64,000 nucleotides of DNA from Bacteroidales bacterium (lineage in GTDB: Bacteria; Bacteroidota; Bacteroidia; Bacteroidales; UBA7960): assembly GCA_035477775.1 (NCBI GenBank), contig DATIKH010000085.1, positions 3,981 to 67,980 of the forward strand. The letters run 5' to 3'. Under the pieces are notes generated by a model. It was given only the letters and a program-made list of their open reading frames with translations. It was not told the DNA's origin and ran no database searches. This document shows positions 1-9,958 of the stretch, piece by piece. The first letter of the stretch is position 1. Each line of letters opens with the position of its first letter. The translations under genes and the position numbers were made by a program.

Positions 1-1260
1 ATCGCGAAAGGCCACCATGGCAGCTACCGGATATTCGCCCTGGGTGTTGCTGTTGTCGAAACATTCGATATACGCCGGAGGTTTGGGTAAATGGAGGTCG
101 TCTTGCATTTTCTGTAGAATGCGGCGTGTATGACGCTCCGGGTCAACAAGTTCCTTTTGCTTGAGCTTTTCGAGCCGGTAATATTTAGCGTTTCGTTCTG
201 ATAGTTCCAGCAACTTCTTCTTGTCGCCCCGCTGTGGAACAATAAAGCGCAGCCCGGGCACCCTAACTGTTGGTTTTAAAGGCACTACAGCCTCAGGGGC
301 TGCTCCGACGAATCTTTGCCTGAGCTCTGCTATGGCCAGTTCCAGTAATTCAGCATCTGACTCATCAAGTTTTTTTCGAATTTCGAGTGTGTGCAACTGC
401 ACGATTGCCCCATCGACCACTTTCATAAAATTTACATAGCCCGCCTCAAGGTCGCTGATAATCGAGAACACATCAATGTTGGTAAGGGTTACACTTACCA
501 CTGTTGATTTGCTCCGATAGTTTTCGAGTAGTTCGATTTTTTGTTTTAACACTTGTGCTTTTTCAAAATCGAAGTTAGCCGCATAGGAGGCCATCAACTC
601 TTTCAATTTCGCTTTAACCCGCACGAGGTTTCCCTTGATTATATCCTCAATCTGTGTAATGGTTTCATGATAGTCCCCGGGGTTTTGCAATCCCTCGCAA
701 GGTCCGGCGCAATTTTGAATATGGTATTCGAGACAAACCTTAAACTTCCTGGCCTTTATATTTTCTGGCGACAGGTTGAGCCGGCAAGTTCGGTATTGAA
801 ACAGTTGCCTGACCAGTTCGAGCAGGGCATGCATCATGCGGCCCTGGGCATAAGGCCCAAAGTATTTGCTCCCGTCGCGAACCACATTGCGGGTAGTATA
901 GATTCGAGGAAAAGGCTCGTTACTTATGCAAATCCATGGGAAGGTCTTGTCGTCGCGGAGCATCACATTGTAGCGGGGCTGGTATTTTTTTATCAGATTG
1001 TTTTCCAGGAGCATTGCATCCAGTTCCGTTTCAACCACAATGTGTCTGATTTCCACAATGCGTTTCACCATGACCAAAACTTTGCCGCTGTCGAAATGCT
1101 CTCTGTTGAAGTAAGATGACACCCTCTTTTTCAGATTTTTGGCCTTTCCAATATAAATTATGCGCCCCTGCTCATCATAAAACTGATACACTCCGGGACT
1201 TTCGGGCAGGGTTTTCAGGGTGAATTGAATGCTTCCAAGTTTTGGTGAAACAGCAACCAT
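1..1260 (-). CDS. uvrC: Excinuclease ABC subunit C (UvrC), N-terminal ~420 codons; the 3' end lies beyond the window edge
   Basis: My own reverse-strand translation from the ATG (cat at 1258-1260) gives MVAVSPKLGSIQFTLKTLPESPGVYQFYDEQGRIIYIGKAKNLKKRVSSYF (GIY-YIG motif), then ...CLEYHIQNCAGPCEG... The frame stays open to position 1, which is why it is absent from the closed-ORF track. Confidence 0.9.
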   Translation of the reverse strand, partial: MVAVSPKLGSIQFTLKTLPESPGVYQFYDEQGRIIYIGKAKNLKKRVSSYFNREHFDSGKVLVMVKRIVEIRHIVVETELDAMLLENNLIKKYQPRYNVMLRDDKTFPWICISNEPFPRIYTTRNVVRDGSKYFGPYAQGRMMHALLELVRQLFQYRTCRLNLSPENIKARKFKVCLEYHIQNCAGPCEGLQNPGDYHETITQIEDIIKGNLVRVKAKLKELMASYAANFDFEKAQVLKQKIELLENYRSKSTVVSVTLTNIDVFSIISDLEAGYVNFMKVVDGAIVQLHTLEIRKKLDESDAELLELAIAELRQRFVGAAPEAVVPLKPTVRVPGLRFIVPQRGDKKKLLELSERNAKYYRLEKLKQKELVDPERHTRRILQKMQDDLHLPKPPAYIECFDNSNTQGEYPVAAMVAFRD

Positions 1261-1307
1261 GGTGTCGGATTATAAAAAGCAAATTTGGTAATTTTTCAAT
1301 TCGTTTT

Positions 1308-1345
1308 AAAAAGAAAACCGCCTCAGGTTTTTTTCCTGAAGCGGT
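1308..1345 (-). terminator. Intrinsic terminator downstream of the M3 peptidase gene
   Basis: ACCGCCTCAGG (1317-1327) pairs with CCTGAAGCGGT (1335-1345) with one mismatch and a 7-nt loop. On the minus strand the hairpin is followed by TTTTCTTTTT. Confidence 0.6.
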
Positions 1346-1375
1346 TTCGCAAAAAATGGAATAAAAAATTCTTTT

Positions 1376-3493
1376 TTATCTTGCCAATCCCCGCTGGCGC
1401 AGCAGGTGAATGATATCGGGCTCCTTGCCGCGGAAGTCGAGATACATTTCCATAGCGTCTTTAGTGCCACCGCGCTCAAGAATTGTTTCGCGGAAGCGTT
1501 GTGCAGTAGCTTGGTCGAACAAGTCGCCTGTCTCAACAAAGGCTGCATAAGCATCGGCATCTAATAGTCCTGACCACATGTAGGAATAATACCTTGCAGA
1601 GTATCCACCGGCGAATATATGGGGGAAATGCGTGGCGCCATGGCGGAAACTAATTTGCGGAATCAGGCCGGTGTTATCGATAGTGCGCTGGCTGATGATT
1701 GAAGCAACCTCGAGGGCCTGGTCTTCTGCAAAGGGCTCGGTAATGGTGTGAAACTCCATATCGAGAAATGTACTTGCCAAAAACTCAACTGTTGCGAAAC
1801 CCTGATTGAAGTTAGCAGCCCTGATGATTCTTTCCATCAGGTCGGCAGGAATAGGTTCGCCAGTTTCGTAATGCTTTGCATAAATCTCTTTTATTTTGGG
1901 GTCTCTTGCCCAGTTTTCCATGATTTGAGCGGGGAGTTCCACAAAATCGCGGGGTACGCTGGTGCCGGCCAGGCTTGGGTAAGTTACATCCGAAAGCAAA
2001 CCATGAAGGGCATGACCAAATTCATGGAAGAAGGTAATCATTTCGTCGTAGGTAAGCAACGAAGGCGTGGTGGCAGTGGGGGGTGTAAAGTTGCAAACAA
2101 TGGTAATTACCGGGTGTACGAAAGTGCCATCGGGTGTCCTATGCTGTCCTCTGAAACTGCTCATCCAGGCTCCCGACCTTTTGCTGTCGCGTGGGTGGAA
2201 GTCCATATAAAGAATACCCACATGCGAATTGTCAGCTTCCAGAACTTCAAAAACCTGTACGTCGGGATGATATTTTGGCAAGTCATTGCGCTCTACAAAC
2301 TGCAGACCCCAAAGGCGCCGTACAATCTCGAAAATACCATCGCGCACATTATTTAGTTCAAAATACTGCCTCACTTCTTCTTCGTCAAGATTGTATTCCC
2401 TTTGACGAATTTTCTCAGCATAGAACCTCCAATCCCACTGTTCCAATGCAAAATTATGGCCTTCGGCACGGATCATCCTTTGCATGCGGGCTGCCTCTTC
2501 TTTTGCAAGGGCCAGGCCTGGTTCCCACACCTGATTGATAAAATTCATTACATTATCAACGGTTTTTGCCATGTTTTGCTCAATGGCATACTGTGCGTAA
2601 TTTTCGAAGCCAAGAAGTTTAGCTCTTTCTAGCCTTAAGTTCACAATCTGGGCGGCGTTTTTCTTGTTGTCGAATTCATTGTTGTTGTTGCCCCTGTTTA
2701 TAAAGGCCTGCTGCATTTTCTTGCGTAGTTCGCGGTTCTCGGCATTATACAGGAAGGGCATTACGCTGGGGTTGTGCAGGGTGAAAACCCATTTGCCTTC
2801 ATGGCCTTCATTTTTTGCACGTTCGGCAGCGCTTGCAATAGCAGATTCGGGCAGCCCGGCAAGGTCGGCCTCGTTTTCAACAATCATGCGGAAAGCATTT
2901 ACATCGCCCAGAATGTTTTGTCCGAATTGTAAGGTTAACAGGGACAACTGCTGGTTGATTTCGCGAAAACGCGCCTGCTTCTCAACAGGTAGCATGGCTC
3001 CGCTGCGAACGAATTCGCGGTAAGTTTCAAACAATAGTCTGTCTTGCTCAGGTGTTAAGCCCAGTTGGTCTTTCTGGTCGTAGATCGTTTTTATGCGGGC
3101 AAACAACTCTGCATTCAGGGTAATATTGTCTCTATGAGCCGACAACTTAGGTGAAACAGTTTCTGCAATTTCCTGAATTTCGGGGCTTATCAGGGCAGAA
3201 TTGAAATTGAAAAACACCCTGCTCACCCGCGACAGCATTTCGCCGCTATATTCCAGGGCTTCGATAGTGTTGGCAAATGTAGGCGCCTCCTCGTTTGCAA
3301 CAATGTCAGCAACTACTTCTGACTGAAGGCGGATACCCTCTTCGAAAGCAGGAATAAAATGCGCATTCTGAATTAAATCGAATGGCGGAAGATTAAACGG
3401 AGTGTCGAATTCAGCAAAAAAGGGATTCTCAGGCGCCCTCTTGCATCCAAATAGCATCATAGGTACCAGCAATAGAATTAGAAACTTTTTCAT
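1376..3493 (-). CDS. dcp: M3-family zinc metallopeptidase (peptidyl-dipeptidase Dcp-like), lipoprotein
   Basis: HEFGH zinc motif (FFHEFGHALHGLL) and overall M3 layout. I prefer the start at the internal MKKFLILLLVPMMLFGCKRA (lipobox) at 3493 rather than the ORF-track start at 3553. Confidence 0.85.
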   Translation of the reverse strand: MKKFLILLLVPMMLFGCKRAPENPFFAEFDTPFNLPPFDLIQNAHFIPAFEEGIRLQSEVVADIVANEEAPTFANTIEALEYSGEMLSRVSRVFFNFNSALISPEIQEIAETVSPKLSAHRDNITLNAELFARIKTIYDQKDQLGLTPEQDRLLFETYREFVRSGAMLPVEKQARFREINQQLSLLTLQFGQNILGDVNAFRMIVENEADLAGLPESAIASAAERAKNEGHEGKWVFTLHNPSVMPFLYNAENRELRKKMQQAFINRGNNNNEFDNKKNAAQIVNLRLERAKLLGFENYAQYAIEQNMAKTVDNVMNFINQVWEPGLALAKEEAARMQRMIRAEGHNFALEQWDWRFYAEKIRQREYNLDEEEVRQYFELNNVRDGIFEIVRRLWGLQFVERNDLPKYHPDVQVFEVLEADNSHVGILYMDFHPRDSKRSGAWMSSFRGQHRTPDGTFVHPVITIVCNFTPPTATTPSLLTYDEMITFFHEFGHALHGLLSDVTYPSLAGTSVPRDFVELPAQIMENWARDPKIKEIYAKHYETGEPIPADLMERIIRAANFNQGFATVEFLASTFLDMEFHTITEPFAEDQALEVASIISQRTIDNTGLIPQISFRHGATHFPHIFAGGYSARYYSYMWSGLLDADAYAAFVETGDLFDQATAQRFRETILERGGTKDAMEMYLDFRGKEPDIIHLLRQRGLAR

Positions 3494-3695
3494 TTTTAAA
3501 AATTTTGGTTTGAAATGGAGTAGCGATGGTAAATCAGTCGCAAAGATAACCAAACAGCATTCTGTTTATATAATGACGGCCTTCAATTTGAGTAAAAAAA
3601 AGTTAAAACCATAATCAGGTTTCTCTTGAATCATTTTGACAGATAATTCTTTAGCTAAATCCTAAGGGATATTTAACCTTGGTTGACCGAGAATT

Positions 3696-5039
3696 TCACT
3701 CCTCTTTTATCCAGGCGGCAACATCCCTTATCACCCGATAATCAATATTGTTGGAAACGTTGTACTCCGCCGGACTAGAAACTCCCTGACCTTCGAAAAA
3801 CAGGTGGTTAAGCCCGGGGTAGCTAATAAAGCTTGTCTTTTGCTGGTTTTTCAATCCGCTTTTCCATCCTTCAAATTCCTGCATATCTACCTGGTAGTCG
3901 CGCTCCCCTTGCAGAACAAGAATCCTGATGTTCAAAGCAGCAGCCGTTAGCACCTGGTCGTATTCCTTAATGTAGAGCCAGTAAGGAGCTGGCAGGTTAA
4001 GGATTGTTTCTTCGCGGGGGGTGTTTGGGCTAAATTTTCCCTGATGAATTAAGGAGGCCTTTTGGCGGGTTTGCTCAATCAGCTGCTTCATTCCGTGTCT
4101 GTTGTCGGGGTCCTGAATAGGCGCCAGATGGGTTAGCTGTCTTACCACCAGATCGTACAGTTTGCCGCTATTGCCTCCCAGGATGATGATGCTGGCAAGG
4201 TTTCCTGCTTTTTCGGCAATTTTAGGAGCCATCATACCGCCGAGGCTGTGCCCTAGAACATAGATTTTCTTCGGGTCAATCCCCGGAAGGGTAGCCGCAA
4301 GTCTTGCTGCCGCCATTGCGTCGGTGCCCGTTTCTGTCCATGGGGTAATCGAATTCATGTCGATTGAAGCACCTTGGTTTTTGGTTCGCTTTTCGTAACG
4401 CAGCACAGCAATACCTTTTGAAGCCAATCCCCAGGCAATGTCTCTGAAAAGTTTGTTTGGTCCGATGGTTTGATCCATGTCGTGGGGACCGCTGCCATGA
4501 ACCAAAACAACCACGGGAACCGGAACAGTAGCGTGAGGCATGGTCAGCTTTCCTGGCAATTTAATGTCGCCACAATCTATCACGATATTGCTCTCTGTAA
4601 AGCGGGTGGAGTCGGCATAGGGTGGTGGCGGAGTAAAACTTAGTGGTGGGGCTTCCACAACTTGCATCCCTGCAATTTTCTGCTCCTGGTCGAAAACCAG
4701 TCGTAGGGCTACTTGGGCATTTTTGAATTTCGAAACGGCCAGAATGGTGTAAAACCTCTCGCCAGGTTGGTGAACAAAGCGGGTAACCTCTTCAAAAGGT
4801 CCCAGTTGGCTCTGCAACTGCTGCCAGAATTGGCTCAGATTGAAACCTTGAAGTGCTGCAAGCATCTGGGCGTTGAAAACTTCTGGGTTTTGACCAGCAG
4901 TACCTGCATTCAGGGATTCAATAAACAAGAGCGATTTTTTTTCAAGTGTTCCCGGAATAGAAAAGCCTTTTAATTCTGCTGGAAACAAAACCAACCCCAA
5001 AAGGCAACAAGAGGCAAAAATTGTGGATAAACGTCTCAT
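3696..5039 (-). CDS. Secreted alpha/beta-hydrolase fold protein
   Basis: N-terminal signal peptide (MRRLSTIFASCCLLGLVLFP) and nucleophile elbow GHSLGG in VLGHSLGGMMAP. Substrate unknown. Confidence 0.7.
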   Translation of the reverse strand: MRRLSTIFASCCLLGLVLFPAELKGFSIPGTLEKKSLLFIESLNAGTAGQNPEVFNAQMLAALQGFNLSQFWQQLQSQLGPFEEVTRFVHQPGERFYTILAVSKFKNAQVALRLVFDQEQKIAGMQVVEAPPLSFTPPPPYADSTRFTESNIVIDCGDIKLPGKLTMPHATVPVPVVVLVHGSGPHDMDQTIGPNKLFRDIAWGLASKGIAVLRYEKRTKNQGASIDMNSITPWTETGTDAMAAARLAATLPGIDPKKIYVLGHSLGGMMAPKIAEKAGNLASIIILGGNSGKLYDLVVRQLTHLAPIQDPDNRHGMKQLIEQTRQKASLIHQGKFSPNTPREETILNLPAPYWLYIKEYDQVLTAAALNIRILVLQGERDYQVDMQEFEGWKSGLKNQQKTSFISYPGLNHLFFEGQGVSSPAEYNVSNNIDYRVIRDVAAWIKEE

Positions 5040-5079
5040 AGCTTTGCTTTCAGCCCAAACTTAAAGGTTGTATTTTTGC

Positions 5080-8000
5080 TTAACGAACAATCAGTTTAAA
5101 CCGGGCACTATGACCTGAAGTGATCTCGGTTATCCTGATAAAGTAAATTCCAGGCGTAAGGTCAGAAACATCGAAGGTTAGATCGGTTTCTGCCTGGGTC
5201 GATCTCCTCAGTAATTGCCCTGAGGCATTGTACAACTCCATGGTTGCCGGCATGGGAGAAACCATCCGGACATGGCTTGTAGCCGGATTTGGAAACACCC
5301 TGGCATTGATTTCATGCGGGTCTTGTACGCTGGTAACCGTAACATTGATTCCATCTGAACCCTGGCATCCCCATTCGTTGGTTACAACTACAAAGAAATA
5401 CCCTGGTGCTGTTGGAGCTATGGTTTGGGTTGTAGCTCCTGTGTTCCAACGGAAAGCAGAGCCCGGGTTTCCGGCATTTAAAACCAGTTGACCATTCACA
5501 AAGGTTTTGGTTCCTGTCAGATCCACCACCGGCAAGGGTCTGTTTTGAGGCACTACCTCCACCATCGGGGCAGGGCAACCCAGTGCGCTTATGTGCATAT
5601 CGTAAAGCCAATAATAAAAATTGGTAATATTGGGAGTCGCTGTTGTGCCAGTAATTTGAATTACATTGGGGATAGAATACGGGTATGGATCGATATCAGC
5701 ACTTCGCAAGTTGTTTCGGAATAAAGTAGTTCCTTCACCATACGAAATGGTAATGCGATAATTCCCCGGCTTGGGTATCCGAAGATTTAGCGGGTAAACC
5801 CTGCCCATATCATTGGGATCGTCTGGGGCAGGAACTTCTGCAGTAGGCACTGTTCGGGTAGCGGTTACAAAAAGGGTAGTCATCGAAACAATTTCGCCTG
5901 TTACCGCATCTTGTACATAAAAGGTTACAAACCCTGAATTCCCGACATAAAGCCTTGCCGATTCAATGATCAGAGGCACATGGGTGGTAATGAGCGGGTG
6001 AGCCGTTGCACGGGCATAGGTTCCGCCAATCCAGGGTGCTGTATTCTTGGTTGCAGGTCCCAGCCTGCCCGAAAAATTATTCAACCCGGCAAATATTGTT
6101 CCACTGGCCGGCATGGCAGAAATCCGTCTGTTATTACCTGCATTCAAAAGCAATGGATTAGCCGCCCTGTCGTACCAAAACACAACACCATCGGTGGTTG
6201 CTCTTAGTATTATATCAGGTTGTTGCCCACATCTGATGGCTTCGGCCATGAGCCCGGTTGGTACAGGTGCTGTCTGGAACCTGAGCGAAATGGCATCGTT
6301 TGCCGAATTCACATCATTCACAAGGCGGGTTGTTACAATTATGTAGTATTCTCTGTTTGGTAAAGTGGTGAAGGTTTCCCTTAGCCGGAACGAAGAAACC
6401 GACTGCGGCGCAATGGATACCGGAATGTTTTCGGTAAAGGTTTTCAGCAAATTGCCGTTTTCCATAATCCTGACCTCAGTATCAAATCTGGTAACCGATT
6501 GCAGTCCCCTGTTGTCGAAAATAATTTCCAAACCCTGATTTTGACTTGCGCACAAATTATTTATTATGCCGGCAATAGCCACCGGCGCCACATCCAAGAG
6601 GGCATTTTCAATTCTCAGGAGGAAATCCTGGGTTTCGCCTGCCAGATAGGGACCGCATGCCTGTACCTCCTGCGGGTTGCTGGTTTCAGTCAAAACTACC
6701 CGGAATAAAACCGACGAGCCCGGAGCTGCATGCTGAGGAACTTGCAAATTCCCTGTAAATGTTCCAGATGTGTTAATAACAGGTGAAGTTGCAATCAATT
6801 CATTGGCCTCAAAACTTCCTGAAGCATTCCAATCGGCAAAAAGTTTTATGATGCGTGGGTTTTCTACCGTACAAGTTCCTGTGGTAATTGTAAAAGGAAT
6901 AACAGCGCCAATATTTACCCGTGCAGACAGGTTGGTCAGGTCGCGGTAAGTGCTGCATCCGGTATCTGTGATGCTGTTGATCGTACCAACCTGAACCCTG
7001 TCTATCCGTGCGCCTTGAGAGGCTGTTGCTCCGGAGGCACATACTGTTTGTCCGCCGACACCTGTGGCAATGAGCGAAACAATCTGAGGCCCCCTTACAA
7101 GTGTCTGACCTTTGTGGCTGATGGTGATGGTGTAAGTCCTTCCTGGCAACGGTGGTATAACGATTTGTTCAATATTGTCAAGCACATTGTCGCCACGTGT
7201 GGCTACGCTTGATGGAAAATTTGGGTTGAGTACCCACGGCATAAAAGTAGTGGTTCCGTCAGATATTCTAATATCAAGGTCGTTAATAAGGCGGGGAGTG
7301 CGGTTGTTTAGAACCTGGGGGTTAATTGGCAGGTGCATTGCTTCCGGATCGGTCCATGCAATGGTAACTACCAAGGGTTCTTTTCCGCTGGCAACTACGG
7401 TACGTGTAATGGTCGTTCCTGTCTGAAGTGATATTTCCTCAATAAGGCTAGTTTGTCCTCTATTTTGAATGGCTAAGGCCGCCCGCTCGGTATTCATCAA
7501 TCCCCAGCCGAGTGAATAATCCGGTCCGGGATTTCCGGCATCGTCGGCAGTATGACACACCAGGCCGCGCAGCGTGGAGCTGAGCATAAAACGCTGGTTG
7601 AGGTTATGATGCAGTTCCTGAAGTAAAAGCAGTGATCCCGTTACGTTTGGCGCCGACATGCTGGTTCCGCTGGTAATATTGTACGAAGTATTGCCTGCAG
7701 AACTTGCTGAGTACAGATTCACTCCGTTAGCCACAATATCGGGTTTTATACGACCGTCGTCGGTAGGCCCAAAGCTGCTGAACGACGACAAGACCACGTC
7801 CTGTGTGGTTCTGAAACCGGCCTCAATGGGGTTCACCGCACCAATAGTAAGAATGTTTTTGGCTGTGCCGTAGGTGGGAATAATATCGAAGCCATCGTTG
7901 CTGCTCATGCCGGCCGGCCTTGAGCCCTGAAGTTCCCATTGCCCGGCAGCATTCCTCCTCCAAAAAGGTTCACCTGCCCCAGGACCGGTGGAGTTGCGGT

Positions 8001-8841
8001 TGTTTCCGGCCGATTTTACGATCAGGTAAAAAGGATTCATAAATGCGAGCATATCCCAAAGCATGGCCATATCATCGTAATAACCGAACTTATAATCTTC
8101 GGTGGTGCTTACGCTTATATCGCCCCACCACTCCCAGAATGGATTTGTAGCAGTTCCTGCCCGGTCATCATTGTACCTCCATCCCGCAAGTGTACCGTAG
8201 CTATGGTTTGATAGTAGCAGCGAGGGGGCGGCACCGACCATTTCATCCGCATGGTTGGCAAAACTCCACGACCTGATATTTGGAGCGCCGAATGCCATGC
8301 CCCTGGCCAGGGAGTTAACGCCTGCCGCCATCATGGTGCCTGCCACGTGGGTAGCATGATCATTGTGGGTTACGGTAGATTCCTCCTGTATTACCCGCCC
8401 GATAAATTCCTGATGTGTTTCCAGCACACTTCCTCCGTCCCAAATACCAAGCCTTCCTGCAAGGGCAGGCAGCGAGCCGCTCAGGTTGAGATTGGTTCTT
8501 CCGCCGGGCCAGAGGTGGTTGGTCGAAATGGTTGCTGCTGCACGCGTGTTGAAATGCGTTATATAATAAACCGGCATGCCGCTTTCGTCGATGCGTTGGA
8601 GTTCCAAAACTCCCCCTTCAGGAAGTTCTTCTCTTACAATCCATCCCCGCCCGGCAGCTAATTGCAGGGCTTTTTGTCTTTGGGAGGCAAATTCCCTGGT
8701 AAGTTCGAGCACTTGGGGTTTCAGGACTTCCTGCCTTTTTTCAATAACCTGCTCAATGGCAATAGGTTCCTGGCTGAAGCTGTTTGTTGAAACAGCAAAA
8801 AACAATATGCTCGCAATTATTACAGTAAACAGGTTTTTCAT
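5080..8841 (-). CDS. S8 (subtilisin-like) serine peptidase, 1253 aa, with T9SS type-A C-terminal sorting domain
   Basis: Signal peptide. Catalytic motifs GIWDGG (Asp), HATHVAGT (His) and SGTSMSAPNVTGS (Ser). C-terminus ARVFPNPATSHVRMVS...GIYFIRITEI...KLIVR is typical of Por/T9SS CTDs. Confidence 0.9.
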   Translation of the reverse strand: MKNLFTVIIASILFFAVSTNSFSQEPIAIEQVIEKRQEVLKPQVLELTREFASQRQKALQLAAGRGWIVREELPEGGVLELQRIDESGMPVYYITHFNTRAAATISTNHLWPGGRTNLNLSGSLPALAGRLGIWDGGSVLETHQEFIGRVIQEESTVTHNDHATHVAGTMMAAGVNSLARGMAFGAPNIRSWSFANHADEMVGAAPSLLLSNHSYGTLAGWRYNDDRAGTATNPFWEWWGDISVSTTEDYKFGYYDDMAMLWDMLAFMNPFYLIVKSAGNNRNSTGPGAGEPFWRRNAAGQWELQGSRPAGMSSNDGFDIIPTYGTAKNILTIGAVNPIEAGFRTTQDVVLSSFSSFGPTDDGRIKPDIVANGVNLYSASSAGNTSYNITSGTSMSAPNVTGSLLLLQELHHNLNQRFMLSSTLRGLVCHTADDAGNPGPDYSLGWGLMNTERAALAIQNRGQTSLIEEISLQTGTTITRTVVASGKEPLVVTIAWTDPEAMHLPINPQVLNNRTPRLINDLDIRISDGTTTFMPWVLNPNFPSSVATRGDNVLDNIEQIVIPPLPGRTYTITISHKGQTLVRGPQIVSLIATGVGGQTVCASGATASQGARIDRVQVGTINSITDTGCSTYRDLTNLSARVNIGAVIPFTITTGTCTVENPRIIKLFADWNASGSFEANELIATSPVINTSGTFTGNLQVPQHAAPGSSVLFRVVLTETSNPQEVQACGPYLAGETQDFLLRIENALLDVAPVAIAGIINNLCASQNQGLEIIFDNRGLQSVTRFDTEVRIMENGNLLKTFTENIPVSIAPQSVSSFRLRETFTTLPNREYYIIVTTRLVNDVNSANDAISLRFQTAPVPTGLMAEAIRCGQQPDIILRATTDGVVFWYDRAANPLLLNAGNNRRISAMPASGTIFAGLNNFSGRLGPATKNTAPWIGGTYARATAHPLITTHVPLIIESARLYVGNSGFVTFYVQDAVTGEIVSMTTLFVTATRTVPTAEVPAPDDPNDMGRVYPLNLRIPKPGNYRITISYGEGTTLFRNNLRSADIDPYPYSIPNVIQITGTTATPNITNFYYWLYDMHISALGCPAPMVEVVPQNRPLPVVDLTGTKTFVNGQLVLNAGNPGSAFRWNTGATTQTIAPTAPGYFFVVVTNEWGCQGSDGINVTVTSVQDPHEINARVFPNPATSHVRMVSPMPATMELYNASGQLLRRSTQAETDLTFDVSDLTPGIYFIRITEITSGHSARFKLIVR

Positions 8842-8886
8842 GCTTGTTGTGTGGGTTGGAAGTTGTTTTGGAAATATAATTTATTC

Positions 8887-9429
8887 TTAACAAGGTACGA
8901 TTGCGCGCCATACCTCAACAGGCTTGATGTTGATGGCACCGTTGCCGGTATCTATATTGAGAGTTCCATAAAAATAGGTGAATCCACATCCCGATTTACG
9001 GTAAAAAATAAAATAACCTCCATCAGGGTTGGCCATTAATGCAACCCTGCTTTTAAAATCTTCCAGACTCTCGGCAGGCATGGGATTTTCAGGATCGGGC
9101 ATTTCTGTAGCTTCATTTTTAATCATTCCTGATAAAAACAATCTGGTGTAAATCGAGTCGGCTTCTGCCCGACTTAACCCGCTTTCAGAAAATTTTTCAT
9201 TAATTCTTTGGCAGAAATCATTTAACCCCTTTTTCAACCCATCGTTAATTTCAGGCTCTCCCCGATTTGTTGATATACCTGTAATTCCCGGATGATTTAT
9301 CGGAATGATGGTTGGGTTCACCCAGGAAATATTGGCCATTCTTTTGTTTCTTTCCGCCTTTCTTTCGGCGCTTTTACATCCTGAACTATAAAGAACTATC
9401 AAAACTAAAAAAATTACCCCGGTTTTCAC
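8887..9429 (-). CDS. Hypothetical small lipoprotein (180 aa)
   Basis: Signal plus lipobox (LYSSGCKS). No family recognised. Lies 45 bp upstream of and co-oriented with the S8 peptidase gene. Confidence 0.55.
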   Translation of the reverse strand: MKTGVIFLVLIVLYSSGCKSAERKAERNKRMANISWVNPTIIPINHPGITGISTNRGEPEINDGLKKGLNDFCQRINEKFSESGLSRAEADSIYTRLFLSGMIKNEATEMPDPENPMPAESLEDFKSRVALMANPDGGYFIFYRKSGCGFTYFYGTLNIDTGNGAINIKPVEVWRAIVPC

Positions 9430-9623
9430 GATAGATATATTTAAGAATATAACATCTTTTATTGCATATAACCTTAAAATGGTTAGGCGACCCGATCAAA
9501 AAAAAATGCTTGCGCTAAAGTAGCAAATATTGTAATATCCGGTTCGGATTCGGACGAAGCAAAAGAAACAATTGAGGAATGGTTTTAGAGAAGCTGAAAT
9601 TGCCTTTTTGAAGGCATAAAAAC

Positions 9624-9655
9624 AAAAAAAAGCGCTTCGAGAGAAGCGCTTTTTG
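9624..9655 (-). terminator. Intrinsic terminator just downstream of tRNA-Gln (flanked by A- and T-runs, potentially bidirectional)
   Basis: AGCGCTTC (9631-9638), loop gaga, GAAGCGCT (9643-9650). T-run on the plus side (9651-9654) and A-run (9624-9630), which gives a T-run on the minus strand. Confidence 0.7.
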
Positions 9656-9726
9656 TTGACCGACCAGGATTCGAACCTAGACAGGCAGAACCAAAATCTG
9701 CAGTGCTACCGTTACACCATCGGTCA
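9656..9726 (-). tRNA. tRNA-Gln (anticodon UUG)
   Basis: The reverse complement reads TGACCGATGGTGTAACGGTAGCACTGCAGATTTTGGTTCTGCCTGTCTAGGTTCGAATCCTGGTCGGTCAA. It folds as a cloverleaf: 7-bp acceptor stem, anticodon stem GCAGA/TCTGC with loop TTTTGGT (anticodon TTG), and a T-arm containing GGTTCGAATCC. Confidence 0.93.
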
Positions 9727-9748
9727 ATACCTTTAAAGTTTCGGTCGG

Positions 9749-9756
9749 CAAAGTTA
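9749..9756 (-). promoter_or_regulatory. Bacteroidota-type -7 box (TAACTTTG) for tRNA-Gln
   Basis: The minus strand reads TAACTTTG (TAnnTTTG consensus) about 22 nt upstream of the tRNA 5' end. A TTTG lies ~17 nt further upstream (9774-9777). Confidence 0.5.
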
Positions 9757-9958
9757 AAACTATTTTTCTTACGCAAAAAAAAATTGAATGATTATTGAAA
9801 CCATGAAAAATTTTCTCCAAAATCACAAGATGATTTACCCCAACGATTGTTAAAATCAGGTAATTGTTCATGTGTTTTTCATAACTTCGCCGGCAATTTC
9901 CTGCTCTTTTCAGGGTAAAATAGTCCGCAATAGTTTATAAAATCCAATAAACCAGAAC

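Noticed and set aside
553-1119. 188-aa plus-strand ORF (and small ORFs at 24-242 and 221-439) at the window start.
   Set aside because: The region is fully explained by the edge-truncated uvrC on the minus strand, whose translation shows GIY-YIG and UvrC motifs. The listed ORFs are antisense or off-frame.
9430-9958. tRNA-Gln as a possible integration site for a genomic island.
   Set aside because: No integrase or recombinase gene flanks it. I noticed no duplicated copy of the tRNA 3' end, and the flanking genes (lipoprotein/S8 cluster and the DUF2723 gene) look like ordinary chromosomal genes.
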